Notes under the pieces: generated by a model
Databases searched by the model: none
The model's input: only the letters and a program-made list of their open reading frames with translations
Told to the model about the DNA's origin: nothing
Program-made: the position numbers and the translations under genes
Part shown: positions 25,070-38,835 of the stretch, piece after piece
How positions within the stretch are numbered: position 1 is the stretch's first letter
Layout: every line of letters begins with the position of its first letter
NCBI GenBank assembly: GCA_052327205.1
Contig: CM126221.1
Span: 57,598,001 to 57,662,000 of the forward strand
DNA from: Somniosus microcephalus
Taxonomy: Eukaryota
Length of the DNA: 64,000 nucleotides
Direction of reading: 5' to 3'

Positions 25070-25510
25070 TTCTACAAGGCTGATACCAGAGCCGAGAGGT
25101 TATAACTATCAGGAAAAACTGAACCGGCTGGGGCTCCTTTCCCCAGAAGAGGTTGAGGGGGTGACCTGATGGCGGTCTTTAAAATTATGAACGGGTTTGA
25201 TAGGGTAGACGAAGAGAAAACGTGGGGGAGACCAAAACTAGGGGCCATAAATATAAGATGGTCACTAATAACTGCAATAGGGAATTTAGGGGAGACTTCT
25301 TTACCCAGAGTGGTGAGAATGTGGAACTCGCTACCACAAGGAGTGGTTGAGGCGATTAGCATAGATGCATTTAAGGGGAAGCTCGATAAACACATGAGGG
25401 AGAAAGGAATAGAAGGATATGCTGATAGGGTGAGATGAAGTGGAGTTGGAGGAGGCTCGTGTGCATAGACCAGTTGTCCGGAATGGACTGTATCTGTGCT
25501 GTAAACTCTA
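25070..25510 (+). mobile_element. CR1 fragment with internal deletions
   Basis: ORF 25169..25438 with VFKIMNGFDRV and RVVRMWNSLP. Confidence 0.85.
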
Positions 25511-27034
25511 ACCAGGACTGGGTGGCTTATTCTGAAATCAAAGGTAACACTTACTATAAATCCAGTACACTTTACAATCGACAGATCTGAGAAGAAAGCA
25601 AGACTCGCACGCAGTGATTTTATAAAAATTCAACCACCCAACCTTTACATTGGTGTGGCAGTAACTAATTTTGCAATGCAACTAGCTGTTATCTGTCTGT
25701 TAGTAAGTGAGCAATTATGTAAGTCGAGAAAAAAATTGTCCAAAAGTCTTGCTAGAGTAACGCACAGCAGGTAAATACAGCACTACCAGCTTTCAACAGC
25801 ACATAAAGACCTACAGCAGTTGGAGGTAAACCATGGGCAGGCTGCGATTTAGAAAATTGACAACTGCATTTTGTAGGGTCTATTTAAGTAGCTACAGTAA
25901 GTAGTCCAGCTCCCATGACATTGCATTCAGGGATTCAAAACCAAATGTAGGCTTCAGGTGAATTGGAATTGGAGGGCAGGAGATAATTAGATCAGCACGC
26001 ACAGAAGTCAGTCCCCATTTTCAAGTCATACTCTCCTTATTTTCCTATCACACTTGATTTTACATTGCATTTATAGTTAAACAGCAAAACCTACAGCAAT
26101 TTGCGAAGCAGAGTAGAGTTGGTTGGAGCACGGAAGTTTTCTGCAGTACAGGCTGAGGGGCTGGGAGTCGCAAAACTGAGGGGCTACGGCATCACCATTG
26201 GTAGGAGGATGCAATTACAGCGTGAGTTTACACAGGCAGTTCCCATTATAAAGGTTTACATAGGAATTTATAATGGAAGTGCCTACAGATGTGAGATTTT
26301 TAATATATTATATAGAGGGACAGTTACCCGATTGAATTGCTGCCCATGAGCCACAGCAGTTTGATCACATACCACCAGAGTTTGATCTTGCAAAAGCTGA
26401 TGAGCAACTTTTCGCATAGGCCCTAAATTGAGCTGTTGGATCAATACAATCAACACAGCATCAGGGTTGATTCCCAGTTTCAGCACAGACACCACATAAA
26501 CCCCAAAAGCTTGAATAATCTCTATACCGGAGCTTTACCACAGAAGTTTCCGAAAGAAGTGGCCTTCTTATCACACTGCTGAGTGGCCTGGGTGTGATCT
26601 GGAATTCCTTGCACGCTGAGTTTCAATTCTCAGTTATCTCCGCTGTGGGAAAGATACTGAGCTGAGGATGGGTGACCTCCTACAGGGAGGGAAGGACAAA
26701 ACACCAGTGGTAATTCTCACTGGGTCAGTCACCAAACATCAACCTGTTACAAAGCAGCAATAGGAGGCACTGGAACAAAATCTCTGCCTCACAGCCACAG
26801 TATGGATGGGCGCAAGGTCAAATAACTGATCAATAGAACAGTGTGCAAGTGGAATTTAAGAAAAAAAACATTATGGGCTCACATAACATGCTCTCCTCCT
26901 CGGCAAAAATACTGTTACCGTAAATACTCACAGGTGACTGCTCAAATTCCAAGATAAAATGGAAATACATGACTCCTAAGTGTCAACATTGCAAAGCTTT
27001 TATTCATCATAATTCTCACCATAGTGTTCTGATA

Positions 27035-27645
27035 TGTTGGGGGTAATTTTAATCCCAAAAACGGGTGGGTTGGGGTTGGGTGAGATGTAAAAAATTTTTA
27101 AACCACAAACCCGACCCCAACCCGCCCACTTCCAGTTTAACAGACGATGGGCAACCAACCCACTTCCAGCATACAGGTTGGACCTTTAAATATTATAATG
27201 AGGCGGGGGGGGGGGGCCTCACATTTAACCTGTCTTACAGGTTTAACCCTGGCAGGCCGGGTTCCCCAAACCCAGCAGCTCAAGGGAGGCGAGGACAGCT
27301 TCGGGGAAAAAGTAAGTGCCTTGACAGCACTGTTTGTGGGCTAGGAGGAGCAGCAATGCTTCCCCCCGTCCCCCCCCCCCCCCGGCCCCCCAAAGCTTAC
27401 CTTCTTCCCTGCCAAAGTCTTCCCTGCTGGGCTGTCTCTGATTTAAAATCAGATGTGAAGCGAGGAGTTGGGACAAAGAATTGCCATTTAAGTATCACGG
27501 TGCCAAAGGGGCAGAACTGACAGAAACACAATTGCAAGGTGCCGCTGGCTCCCATCACCTGCGCAGAAATTGCTCCGCTGGGATGGCGGGTGTATAAGGC
27601 AGCCCCCCCCTTACTTTTACCCCCCAAAAGGCATGCAAATTTCAC
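27035..27645. mobile_element. Probable non-autonomous DNA-transposon-derived repeat
   Basis: GC-rich block starting ggggtaattttaatccc, with internal inverted segments (gggtgggttggggttgggt / acccgaccccaacccgccc). Confidence 0.4.
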
Positions 27646-28182
27646 TACTTACACGCATGGATATGCAATACTTTGCTCATCGCAGGTGGTGCAGTGGTAT
27701 TTTACTGTAAAGATTGTGCATCCCTAGATGTACAGTTCCAAAAAAGAAATGTAATCCCAACGTTAAAGAAATCAACAGCTCAGATTACAATCAGGATTTT
27801 TTTCCTTCCCTGAATCTTTGTGCATGAGGGTCGTTCGCCCATTTTGGCAGCTAGTGCCCAACATTCCCAGCAAGAGATAGATGCCGAGTAGAGCTCCCTC
27901 TAATCTGACCTAGCAGCAAACCACCATTCTGTCACTGCAACATTTTCCATTTCCCACATCAGCACTCGTACAGCCCCCTCTGAGCAAGACTGGCAATGCT
28001 GAATTAGGTCATTTTGTGTTACGGACACAGACCCACTGGGAACTGGATTGCGACTGCCCAAAGTCATTTCACATAACCCCATTGGTCTGGGGCAGGAACA
28101 GAGTGCAATACACTGAAGATCCAGTTCATGGGAACACCCAGAGCCTGAATCAATGGGTACATCAAAAATTTGACATAATAGA

Positions 28183-29095
28183 AAGAACAAACTTGCATTT
28201 ATATAGAGTCTTTCGCCACCTCAGGACGTCCCAAAGCGCTTTACAGCCAATTAAACAATTTTGAAGTGTAGTCACCGTTGTAATGTAGGAAATGCTGCAG
28301 CCACTTTGTGCATAGCAAGCTCCCACAAACAGCAATAAGATAAATGCCCAGATCATCTGGTTTAGTGGTGTTTGTGGGCCTTTCACTAAACATCCGTAAG
28401 ACAAAGGTCCTCTACCAACCTGCCCCCGCCACAGTACTGCCCGATTATCAAAATGCACGACAAGGCCTTGGACAACATGGACCACTTTCCATACCTCGGG
28501 AGCCTACTGTCAACAAGGGCAGATGTCAACAATGAAGTCCAACACCGGCCTTCAATGTGCCAGTGCTGCCTTCGGTCGCCTGAGGAAGAGAGTGTTTGAA
28601 GACCAGGACCTCAAATCCGGCACTAAGCTCATGGTCTACAGAGCAGCAGTGATACCTGCCCTGCTGTATGCCTCAGAGACATGGACCATGTACAGCAGGC
28701 ACCTCAAAGCACTGGAGAGGTACCACCAACGCTGCCTCCGCAAGATCCTGCAAATCCATTGGCAGGATAGGCGCAGCAACGTCAGTGTTCTTGCTCAGGC
28801 CAACATCCCCAGCATCGAAGCTCTGACCACACTCGATCAGCTCCGATGGACGGGTCACACTGTCCGCATTCCGGTTCCGAGGGACTGCCTAAGAAGTTTG
28901 TGGAAGGATAAATATTGGCCAAGAACTCTCCTGCTCCTCTTCAAATAGTGCCATGGATCTTTTACATCCACCTGAGAGGGCAGACAGGGTCTTGGTTTTA
29001 CATCTCATCTGAAAGACAATACCTCCGACAAGATCAGTACTGAGGGAGTGCTGCACTAAGTGTCAGCCTGGCTTATGTGCTCAAGTCTCTGGAGA
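28183..29095 (-). mobile_element. SacSINE1-like SINE split by an RTE insertion
   Basis: Tail half at 28183-28377 and head half at 28896-29095 are colinear. Confidence 0.85.
28378..28895 (+). mobile_element. RTE-clade (BovB-like) LINE fragment with 8-bp target-site duplication GTTTGTGG
   Basis: ASAAFGRLRKRVF, IPALLYASETW, YHQRCLRKILQIHWQD and QLRWTGH; 3' end cgagggactgcctaagaag; duplication at 28370-28377 and 28896-28903. Confidence 0.9.
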
Positions 29096-29324
29096 TTCCT
29101 CCCTGTCCCCACCCACTCTGAATTTTTGTCTTCATGATGAGGGATGTTAGTCCGTTTCAGGCACCTTGTGTTAACATTGAACATTACCAGGTCAGGTATA
29201 GCAAGAGCTGATGCAGAGTCGAGCTCCCTCTAATCTCCCCCAACAGCCTGTTACTACACCAACATGAAAACAAATACAGGGAAGGGAGGTGAAGACCAAA
29301 AAAAAGCATCAAACGCAATCATTC

Positions 29325-30203
29325 TGCTGAACAGGATATCACATTTATTACTGAGAAGTGATTAATAATGAAGAAAGGGTAAATTCCCAGCTTTTCACTG
29401 TTGATGAGGGCTGAAAAAAGATTCTAAGCAGTTTTTGTTTCTCAAAGTTCAGTGTCCAAAAAGGTTCCTTACAGTATTCCTTTAGTCCAGTCTTGTTTTT
29501 TTTTAATTAGGTGGATTTAGACTTAATTGGCAGCAATTAAAAAAAAAAAACTTGCTCACTTTAACATTTGTGAACAGTAACCATTTTTAAAAATTTTTTT
29601 GCAACGAAAGGAGGGAGAAACAGAAAAGTAACCGCTCTTTCCCGGAGCGCGTTCGAAACGAGCAGCATTTTCAGGAAAAGGTGGGGCAAGGGGCTCTCTC
29701 AAAAGGGCCTGGATGAAACAATTTGGGCTCCACAAATGAAACCTCTCGAGTGAGTCGGAGAAGGAATCTGGCCACGTGCTGACCCAGCTGTGCGACGACA
29801 ATTCGGATGCTGTGAGCCAGCTGGTTTCTCTCCCCAGGAAATGCATTTAAATGTAGCCCACAGACCATAAAATGATTTTTTTTTTAATAATTTTTTTTAA
29901 AACAGAAGGAAAACAAGTTGTACCACTTTATAAAGTCACAACCAATAGTTGAGAAAGGATTTTTTAAACATTTTTTCCCCCCCCACCTAGTTCTTGCTAT
30001 CATTACCATAGTTCTATAGAAGAGGATTAAGTTTGACAACTACAAGTCTGAAAGTCGCAGAATTTACTGAAAATGAAAGAGGGTGGGTGGGCAGGAAGGA
30101 AGGGACGGGAGGGGGAAGGGGGGTCTTCATTATCACTCAATTTCTTGAAGAAAATTCAGGACACGACATTCAGGCCGACGTCACATTTTCAGAGAATACA
30201 CCG
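29325..30203 (-). other. YTHDF2: YTHDF2 3' UTR (about 0.9 kb)
   Basis: AU-rich stretch without recognisable TEs between the stop codon and the AATAAA signal. Confidence 0.7.
29344..29349 (-). terminator. YTHDF2: Polyadenylation signal AATAAA with downstream GU/U-rich element
   Basis: Plus-strand tttatt; the minus strand continues ...cagcagaatgattgcgtttgatgcttttttttgg. Confidence 0.7.
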
Positions 30204-30227
30204 TTACTTGACACGACCTTGCCGCTC
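30204..30227 (-). CDS. YTHDF2: YTHDF2 coding exon 5 (ERQGRVK-stop)
   Basis: cctttctttacag|GAG CGG CAA GGT CGT GTC AAG TAA; matches the mammalian YTHDF2 C-terminus ERQGRGK. Intron 4 is 19,181 bp. Confidence 0.93.
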   Translation of the reverse strand, partial: ERQGRVK

Positions 30228-30319
30228 CTGTAAAGAAAGGGAAACGATTCAATTAATATACATTTCCCAAAGCGGCTTCATGTTTCAGTGACAACAAAAT
30301 ACAATCACACAACTAAAAT

Positions 30320-30580
30320 TAAGAGAAATTCTGTGGAGAAAAAAAAACCTTTACACCTAGGGCGGTTAGAATGTGGAATCCTCTGCCACAAAATGTTGAA
30401 TCGAGTCCGTAAATTCTTTTAAAGGGGAAGATAGATATCCTTTAATAGTCCTCTTTTTCAAATTGCTATGGGAAGCAAGCAGGAGAGGGGGATTGGACTG
30501 CGTGACTCATGTGGAGAACCAACACTGGCTCAGGCTCGATGGGCCGTGTCTGTGTTGGAACAATCTTCGATTCTATTAAT
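30320..30580 (+). mobile_element. Old CR1 3' fragment
   Basis: gaatgtggaatcctctgccaca ... tttaaaggggaagatagat. Confidence 0.7.
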
Positions 30581-31139
30581 TATCAATCAGGTCTTGATAA
30601 ACCTAGACCCAATTTTCTCTGATCGGTGACAATAAATTAAAATCTGCTGATGGCTCAACGTCTAGTATGAGCTGTATTTATCTGTTGGCAAAGGTGGGAA
30701 ATGAAGAACAAAGTTGCGTTTAAACAATGTCCAATATCCCCAGGACACTCCAAAACACTTCACAACCAATTAAGTACTTCTGAAAGGCTGCCACTTTTGT
30801 AGGAAAACATGGAGACAATTTGCACGTAGCATGTTCTCTCAACCAACAAACGAGATCAATGCCCAATTCATCTGCTTTTGGGTGGTCCCAACTGAGGAAG
30901 AAGTGTTGACCAGGACAAGAAGGATGCAACAATTGTTCTCAGTGCCCTGAGCCTGTTGGGGAGGGGTGGGGGCAGAGAGATCGAGAATAAGGGCATGAAG
31001 ATGAGAGGAGGGTTGTGAAAAATCAGTTCGGGCTTAAAATCCCAATTGGCATCAGTAGCCCCTGCTGGAAAGTGTGGGTGTTGGATAAGCGTAGGGCTAC
31101 ATGTAATGCTGCCACAGTAGATTAACTTGCCACTCATTG

Positions 31140-31625
31140 CCTAATTCAACAGAATAGGTTAGGGAGGACCAGGAGTCACTCTTACAAGTTATGTCAGGGC
31201 AGAACTAGGTTAGATGCCAGGAGGTGTTTCTTTATATCAGAGAATAGTGGACCTGTGGAACAGGTTACCGGCTCGTGCAGTGAACACTGATTCACTAAAT
31301 TCCTTCAAGCAAGAGCTTTGTGGCTGGGGCGGAGGGAGATCACCTTGTACAAGAGGTAGGTACAATTGTGTTAATCAGGACCAGGGCGGACTCCTGGACT
31401 AGCTTTGATGGCCTAAGGGCGTCAGTGAGGAATTCTCGAAAGCTTTTCCCCCAATTGGCCTGGGTTTTTAATCTGGTTTTTCGCCTTTTCCAGGAGATTA
31501 CATGGCTCCGATAGGTGGGGTGGGGAGTGTCTGTATTGTGATGCACAAAACATCACTGCTGTGTGGGACAGGCTGGATGGACCAGAAGGTCTTTTTCCTG
31601 TCTGTCATTTTTCATATGTTCTTAA
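31140..31625 (+). mobile_element. CR1-group LINE 3' end with long 3' UTR
   Basis: ORF 31214 with QRIVDLWNRLP..LNSFKQEL; tail ggacaggctggatggaccagaaggtc, also present inverted at 63850-63910. Confidence 0.75.
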
Positions 31626-32809
31626 GTCTTTAGGTGATGAATGTCCATTTAGGATGAGGCAAGAGGAACCCATGAAACGTTGCACCCAACCCCCCAAAAA
31701 AAGCCGTGGATAGGGGCAAATTTGGACAAGGAAAATAAAACGAAATGTGCGTCACTCCAAATGCCTAATTTTTGAATTATTTTTTCCTGTCTTCCTGGAC
31801 GAACCAGTTTGGCATGTTTTTAGCTCGTGCTAACAATGAAAAGGCTCTTTAGTGATAACGCCACCCCTATCAAAAGTAACTTACCACCTTAATCTACATT
31901 GTAAACATTTTAGACAAAATAACATTTCAGCTCACCCTGTGGTCACTTTTTAAACCTGCTGTTCCCGTCATTCCCCAATCTGTCATTCGAACTTCAATTT
32001 TACCCTAATATACCAACTTAATTCTTTTCAAATTAAAGAGGCTTTAAAAAGTGTGACATTTACTTTTGTTCTTCTGCCCCTCTCTTCCACCATCTATTTA
32101 GGGGGAGGAGAGAGATGGTGGCAACAACTTGGGAACTATTTTTCAATAGCAAAATACCAATTTATTTTTCTACGGCCAAAAAGTAAAACTCCAAATATTA
32201 TGGACAAGTCACAGACAGAATCCTGCTAATCTTTGACATGTTTATTCAACAGGGATTGTTGGCAAGGTGAGTAACCTCAGACCCTGGGATGACAAGTTTA
32301 TTCTGGGCTGCACTGAAATCAATCGTTTGCTTTGTTTTATTGGGGCTGATTTCACATTTACACAGCTCCAACGGTGCTTACCTCGAAAGGTTTCAGGGCA
32401 TAGCAAGAGGGCACTCAGCCAGCCACTCCTACACAGGGTAGTGTGTGCATACACTGACGCTGGTCCTTCAGACCCAACTGCTTAGAAACACTGAATTATA
32501 GTTACATTCAAAACTAATGAAATCTTTTGCAATTGCCATTCACTGGTGCGTCACTATGGCTTAGGAACACTAGCTTTGAATGAGTTTACAGCACACTATC
32601 TGCAGATTTGTTTCAATCTTTATATTTATTACATATATCAGTCATACTGTTTTGTAGTTTTATGCATTCTGGTGCGATATTATATAACCGTAGCGTGTTA
32701 TCCTTGGGGGGGGGGGGGGAGGACAAAGGGTGTTCTCAAACTGCACCCACTCAACACCTTCAAGAGGGAAAGGGAACGAGCCGATGAGAAAGAGACTGAT
32801 TTATTACAT

Positions 32810-33045
32810 AAACACAGAATGAGCACAGAAGGCCATTCAGCCCATTGTGCCTGTGCCGGCTCTCTGAAAGAGCGATCCAATTAGTCCCACTCCCCTGTTC
32901 TTTCCCCATAGGCTTTTCAAGTATTTATCCAATTCCCTTTTGAAAGTTAATATTGAATCTACTTCCCCTTCAGGCAGTGCATTCCCGATCATAACTTGCC
33001 GAATAAAAAAATTTCTCATCTCCCCGCCGGCTTTTTTTGCATTGG
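32810..33045 (-). mobile_element. CR1 3' fragment
   Basis: ORF 32837..33019 with NALPE..TFKRELDKYL. Confidence 0.8.
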
Positions 33046-36000
33046 TAAAAGATTCTTAAATATATCTTTTTTAAACTGTTCTCAATGCGCAAAACAAACC
33101 CCAAAGAATAAATACCATGGATCATTTTTTCCCCAACGTTAGATCAAATGTGAGAACTCCTGCAAGTTGCATTGGCAAAATCCAGTTGTAATGAAGCCTA
33201 CAATCATGTCTCTCCTGTTATCCCAAAACATGCCTTTCTCCTGGGACACATCCCTCGTGGTTCATTTTCTCGATAGCTTAGCTCACCTGCGCATTTTCAT
33301 TTTTCTCACCGCTACCATTTTTGTGCATCAGTCTGCACTGTAACCGATTTACACAGCTCCAGACATCGGGGAATTGCAAAATGTCACTTTCCCAGGATGT
33401 GAAACCCACAAGCAGGCTGCCCAGCTAGGGCACATTTACACTTCACTTACACTCCATGGCTTACACCAGAACTCATTACAGTATTTGGACAGAGTGCAGA
33501 TTCCAGTACGGCCGGTTCGAACTGGCAAAGAATGGAACATCACGCTGACCTTATAGATTACAGTACATCTGCAAACTAGTCTGGGAGTCCAGACTACATG
33601 CTGCAGAATGCATCTCATGTGATGATGCATGTGTCGAGGTGATTGGCACTTGTGATTTATTAAAAGAGTTTTTTGCAAGGCCAGTGCAAGTGGTAATTAC
33701 AAGATATCCTCCTGGTGCAACCAGGACAGAAATGAGAAAGAAAAAAACCCCATGCATTCTGGGCATCAGGAGTCATTGCCTAAGGAGAACACGAGTTGGA
33801 TTTATAGCCTAGTGTCGCAAAACCACATTTCCCCTCTTGCACGAACAGATCCTTAAAGCAAGGAGACATTAATGGTTGGAAACCCTAAAAGACTTCTCCC
33901 CATTTACAAAATGTGTCCCACTCAGCCTTACTGGTAGTGTTTATTTCACATTATAAGCGTCGGAATGTTTAACAGCCTTTGGTGAATTAACAGTTTCAAT
34001 CGTGTGTGCAGTTTACAAAATTTGGCACTCACTTTTTACAACGAACAGTTTTCTTATGCATACAGGAGACGCTGCTACAGAAGTATAGATGTCACCTGTG
34101 GTGTCCACTGTAGAATCCATTGACTTTATCCTTTTTGTTTATAACATAAGAAATAGGAGCAGGAGTAGGCCATTCGAGCCTGCTCCGCCATTCACTAAGA
34201 TCAATAAGAACCAAGCCAGGGGTCTGAGCAATTCCAAGAGTTTGGGTTTCTTGAACCCGAGGGTAACCCAATAAATGACATCACACTTATCAGATTACCA
34301 AAGAAATTCAAATAAATCTCAAGACTGCCAGAGCATGGAGGACCAGAAAGCCAAGATGTTCTCATTTTTATTCCTAGAAGCTTCTGAATCTAATATATAT
34401 TATTTCTTCAATTTTAGAAGTTTAGAAACTAATCCTCTCATTTGATAAAGGTGCAATTCAGAGATGAAAATATTTTTGGCATAAGGGCTAATGCAGCATG
34501 GAAGTTTGATTTAAAAAAACCCTCAAATATCTCTAGTTTGTATAATCCTTGCAATTTTGGAAGGGTACATGGCAGTGGATGATTGTTGCTATTTATTTGC
34601 CGTGATTAATCAGCATTTACAGCTTAATGCTCTTAGGGAAAGAGGTAAAAAGAAAACTTGTTTTCCTCGCCCGAGTTAAACCTCACACATCACTGCCCCC
34701 ACATCACGGACATTCACTGCATCCCTACTTTTGCAGTGGTGACTGTATTCACTACAGAGCAGAAATGTGCATCAGCTAAAACAACTGATAAAAGAATTAA
34801 TCCCATGTTTCAGGATTTGATCCACCTTCTCTTTCATCTTTTCCTTTTCAGCCAGTTTAATCTCTGCAACTTGTGCTGTAGAATCTACTCGCACACAAGA
34901 ACCAAATATCTGAATTTTGTCTGTATCCATACTGGTGTTTGCAATCAGAATTTTTGCATTTTCAAATCTTTTGGGTTGGTTAACTCCATTTTCTTATCCA
35001 AAAGTCCTCACACCTCTAAAACTTGAAGCAAGAGAACAGTACCTCAGCCAAACCAAAAGCTGGAGCCCTTCAATTGGCCTCAGTACCTCACTATTAGGGG
35101 GATGGATGGGAAGGGAATAAAGCCAGGGTTCCTAATTTTGATCACCACAGTGACTCCTTCTTAAGAGAGACTGTATGCATGTGTTGGGAGGAGAGGACAC
35201 GATCAGGTTCAATTGCGTTGCCCTTCCAGTAAAATAACCCGCTCGCATTCATTATCCAGACTGGCTCGTTAAGAACGGGCCACTTGCGCATGGTACAAGA
35301 AGCCCGCTGGTGCCCGTGGAACGGTATTCCAGCCACAGTCTCAGCCTTCAGATGAAACGGTCAAGGAAACGAGAGAATGAATACATTTCAATATCCTTTG
35401 AGATTTTGCTGGCAATTTGAATATTTGTTTAATTGGAGTACTGACGATACCCGAGGACTGGAGGCATTACTGAGTCCATCAGTGCAATGGAGTTCAACAT
35501 GGTGGCAATTTTGGAGTCAACAATTCACGTCCTACACACCATGGCTGCCCAACCTTCAATCCCACTGCTACATGCAGCCCGCAAGCCTTGGTAACTGGCC
35601 TTCAAAGCCAGCTAACTCGACTATTTGCGCTTCAATTTCTTATCTCTGAGATAAAAGCAAATTCACGAGAATGTGGATTTACACTTTGTATGTAGCTTCA
35701 AGGCTCCATGACTGCATCAGGAAATCTACAAAGAAAAAAACACCCCCTGCTGTACAATTAGGTTCTTGAAGCCATCAGTCCTTTTTTTTGAAAGCAGATG
35801 GCATCGGGTGCAATTTGTTTTGGAGGTAGATATCTTTAACACCAATAAATAACATTTTAATAAAAAGGTAATAGTTAGGTTTTGGAAATCAGCCAGAGTT
35901 CCTGCTCTTGATCACCATCCATTGCCCAGAGCTGGATGTCAGGCACAGCTAGGATGGCCCCAACACATCAGTAAAACAGCCTGCCACGAATCGCTCATGA

Positions 36001-38147
36001 AGAATGGCCACTTGGTTTAGGATATCAGAGTGCAATCATTAAGCCATACCCTTGCAAGAGTCAATGTCTTCAGCGAAGGAGAGGTGCAAAAGGAAAAGTG
36101 GCAAGCAAAGCTTTAAAAAAAAAAATCACCAAACTGGCATTAAGTTGTATAAAACGCCATAGACTTTGGAACCAAGTCAAACCTCTGTGGCAGGCTCAGT
36201 AATCCAATACCCAAACCAGGCAGCACTGCAGAATACCACTGACAATTGACCAGCCTGCCTGACAGATCAATCGCTGAGGGCTGGAATTATTCCCTTTTGG
36301 CTCCTGATAACCCTGCAAGCCAATGATAACTCTGCAAATCAATGTGGTACAGGCTGAACAAGCAGCTAGCAGCCTGCCAATGCTTTGTGCACTTTTATCT
36401 GGTTAAACCCCAGCTGTACTGCTGCGCGCAATTGATCATCCCTAGGCCTGGGTTCTGCCAAAACGCTGGACTATAAAAGTGGGCTTGCTTCTTTGGGGGG
36501 GAAGACAGCATGCATTCTATCGGGCAAACTGGGGCTCCATTGGTGTGGAACTCTCAGTAGTTTGGTTTGGAGACTCAAGCGGTGATGGGTTTCTGTGCGT
36601 ATCAGACATCTGGTTGACAAATAGAAAGTGGGTTGCCTTAATCTCTCCGATACCATGCACCCAGCCCCAATAACTAAAGGTTTCTAAGCTGCTTCCATTG
36701 GAAAACTAAAATAAATTCCATATTAATGTGAATACATACTGTACAAGACAGACACCAGCATTTATTGCCATTAGCAATGATGTTAGTGGCTCGGACATGA
36801 AGTAAACTTTCATCTGAAAGTTCAGGTCATTTACGCACTGTACAAGTATACTCATGGCACACTCCGAATTACACCCAAACAGTGGAAAAGATCAAACGAG
36901 TCTATCGGCTGGACGTTTCTTCCTAACCTGGCTCTCTAAGCCTCTGATGATATCACAACCTCACGCTCAAATCGGTTTGCTGTTCCCCAAGAGGGAAAAA
37001 TCACAGCTGTTTGAATCAAGTATGTGTATAAAAACATTGATTGCGTGCGTATAATATATACACACAAAACTACAGGTTGTGGGGGGGGGGGGGGGGAAGA
37101 GGTTGGGAACTGTAGAAAATTGGGCGAAAGGAAGGAAATGGAGAAGAGGTATAACCTGAATAAAAGGTTAATACTATATATCAATATTCTCCTAACCCTA
37201 TTCAATGCAACTGCTGCAATGCACAGCAACCAAAATGGTTATCTGGAATGAACAGAGGTAATGGAATTTCTTTTGACTATTTTCCGAGCCAAGTAGTTCC
37301 TTCCTTACACGGTATTAATTACTTCCTTAACCACATCACACAATTTGTGACCTAATTATCTATTCTCATTTAGATGTAGTCCATTCCTATTAAAAACAGT
37401 GCACGTCTTCTCTGAAATCCATCAAGTGCTAGCATACTTCATTCCTTCTTAGCTTCGTTATCAACTCCACCCACAAGCAAAAGCCAGTGTTTTTCTGGGT
37501 CCCTCAGTGACGCATTGAGCTTAGTCACTGAGCTATTCAGACCAAGGAGCAGCTGATCAAATACAGGGCAGCAACAAGGATGAAACAACAGGCCTCGGCA
37601 TCCTGGCTGAGGGAAGAGAAACCCAAAATGTGCTTTTCAGGGCCAGGCTGTGTGTTTAGGTTATTTATCCCAACGTGGACAAGTAGGAAAGATTTCATTC
37701 CAGAACACATCCACATGCGGTCTACCTCCTTCATAATGTCGCTCACCCAAATGCTTAAAGACACAATTTATCTTATACCCTTTGCAGACTTAATCTATGC
37801 ATAGTTAAACCTCCTTTCTCCCAAGAGTTTACTATAGATCAAAGATTCAGATTTTTAAAAAAAATTATATTTATGACTGTGCCAAATCATACATGTTGCA
37901 TACAAGCTTTTTCAACAATATTGATGGTAACATTTTGAATCGTACTTTTAATTTGAGCCATGTCCAAGAGATACTGGAAACACAGTTTAATAGGCTCAGC
38001 AGCCTAGTTCCGACCTACCTGCGGCACAAAAGTCCGCTTATATCTCAACTGTTCAGAAGACAGTTGTATTTAAAAGTGATTTTAGGTTTACGCTGGGTCT
38101 TGTGACAGTAAAGTCAATCTATATGTATCATGCTTCCACATATAGTT

Positions 38148-38455
38148 AGTCTTTCAGATGAGACGTTAAACTCAGGCCCCCCTCCCCCGTCTGCCCTCTC
38201 GTGTGGTCATAAAAGATCCCATAATACTGTTTCGAAATGTAGCAGGGGAGTTCGCCCCGGTGTCCTGCCCAACATTTATCCTCCACCAATACCACTAGAA
38301 CAGATTATCTGGTCATGTATCTTATTGCCGTTTGTGGGAGCTTGCAGTGCGCAAATTGGCTGCCGCGTTTCCTACAACAGTGGCTCATTGGCTGTAAACG
38401 CTTTGGGATGGCCTGAGGTAGCGAAAGGTGCAATAGAAGTGGAAGTCTTTTTTCT
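38148..38455 (+). mobile_element. SacSINE1-like SINE (Deu domain and tail)
   Basis: gtctttcagatgagacgttaaac ... aaaagatccca ... gcgcaaattggctgccgcgtttcc. Confidence 0.85.
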
Positions 38456-38549
38456 TTAGTCTCTGAAAGCAAACACCAACATTGGAGACTATCGAATCTA
38501 CGCAGTCACAGCCAGTCATGATGCACAGTGTACAGGAATTTGATGCTAC

Positions 38550-38835
38550 AGTGAGTGTACAGCATAGAAACAGGCCATTCGGCCCAACTGGTCTATGCTG
38601 GTGTTTATGCTCCACACGAGCCTCCTCTCGCCCCACTTCATCTCACCCTATTAGCATAACCTTCGACCTCTTTCTCCCTCATGAATTATCTAGCTTCCCC
38701 TTTAAATGCATCTGTTATTCGCCTCAACTACTCCGTGAAACACTTTCATAATCTTAAAGACCCCTCTCAGGTCACCCTTCAGCCCCACAGCTTGTTCAAC
38801 TGTTCCCGATAGGTTTATGACTTCTCAGTTCTGGA
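38550..38835 (-). mobile_element. CR1 3' fragment
   Basis: aacaggccattcggcccaactgg ... tctagcttcccctttaaatgcatct. Confidence 0.75.

Noticed and set aside
1-29000. OPRD1 or other neighbouring coding exons expected from synteny
   Set aside because: No GPCR-like or other recognisable non-TE peptide in the ORF track or in the frames I checked; short exons could have been missed.
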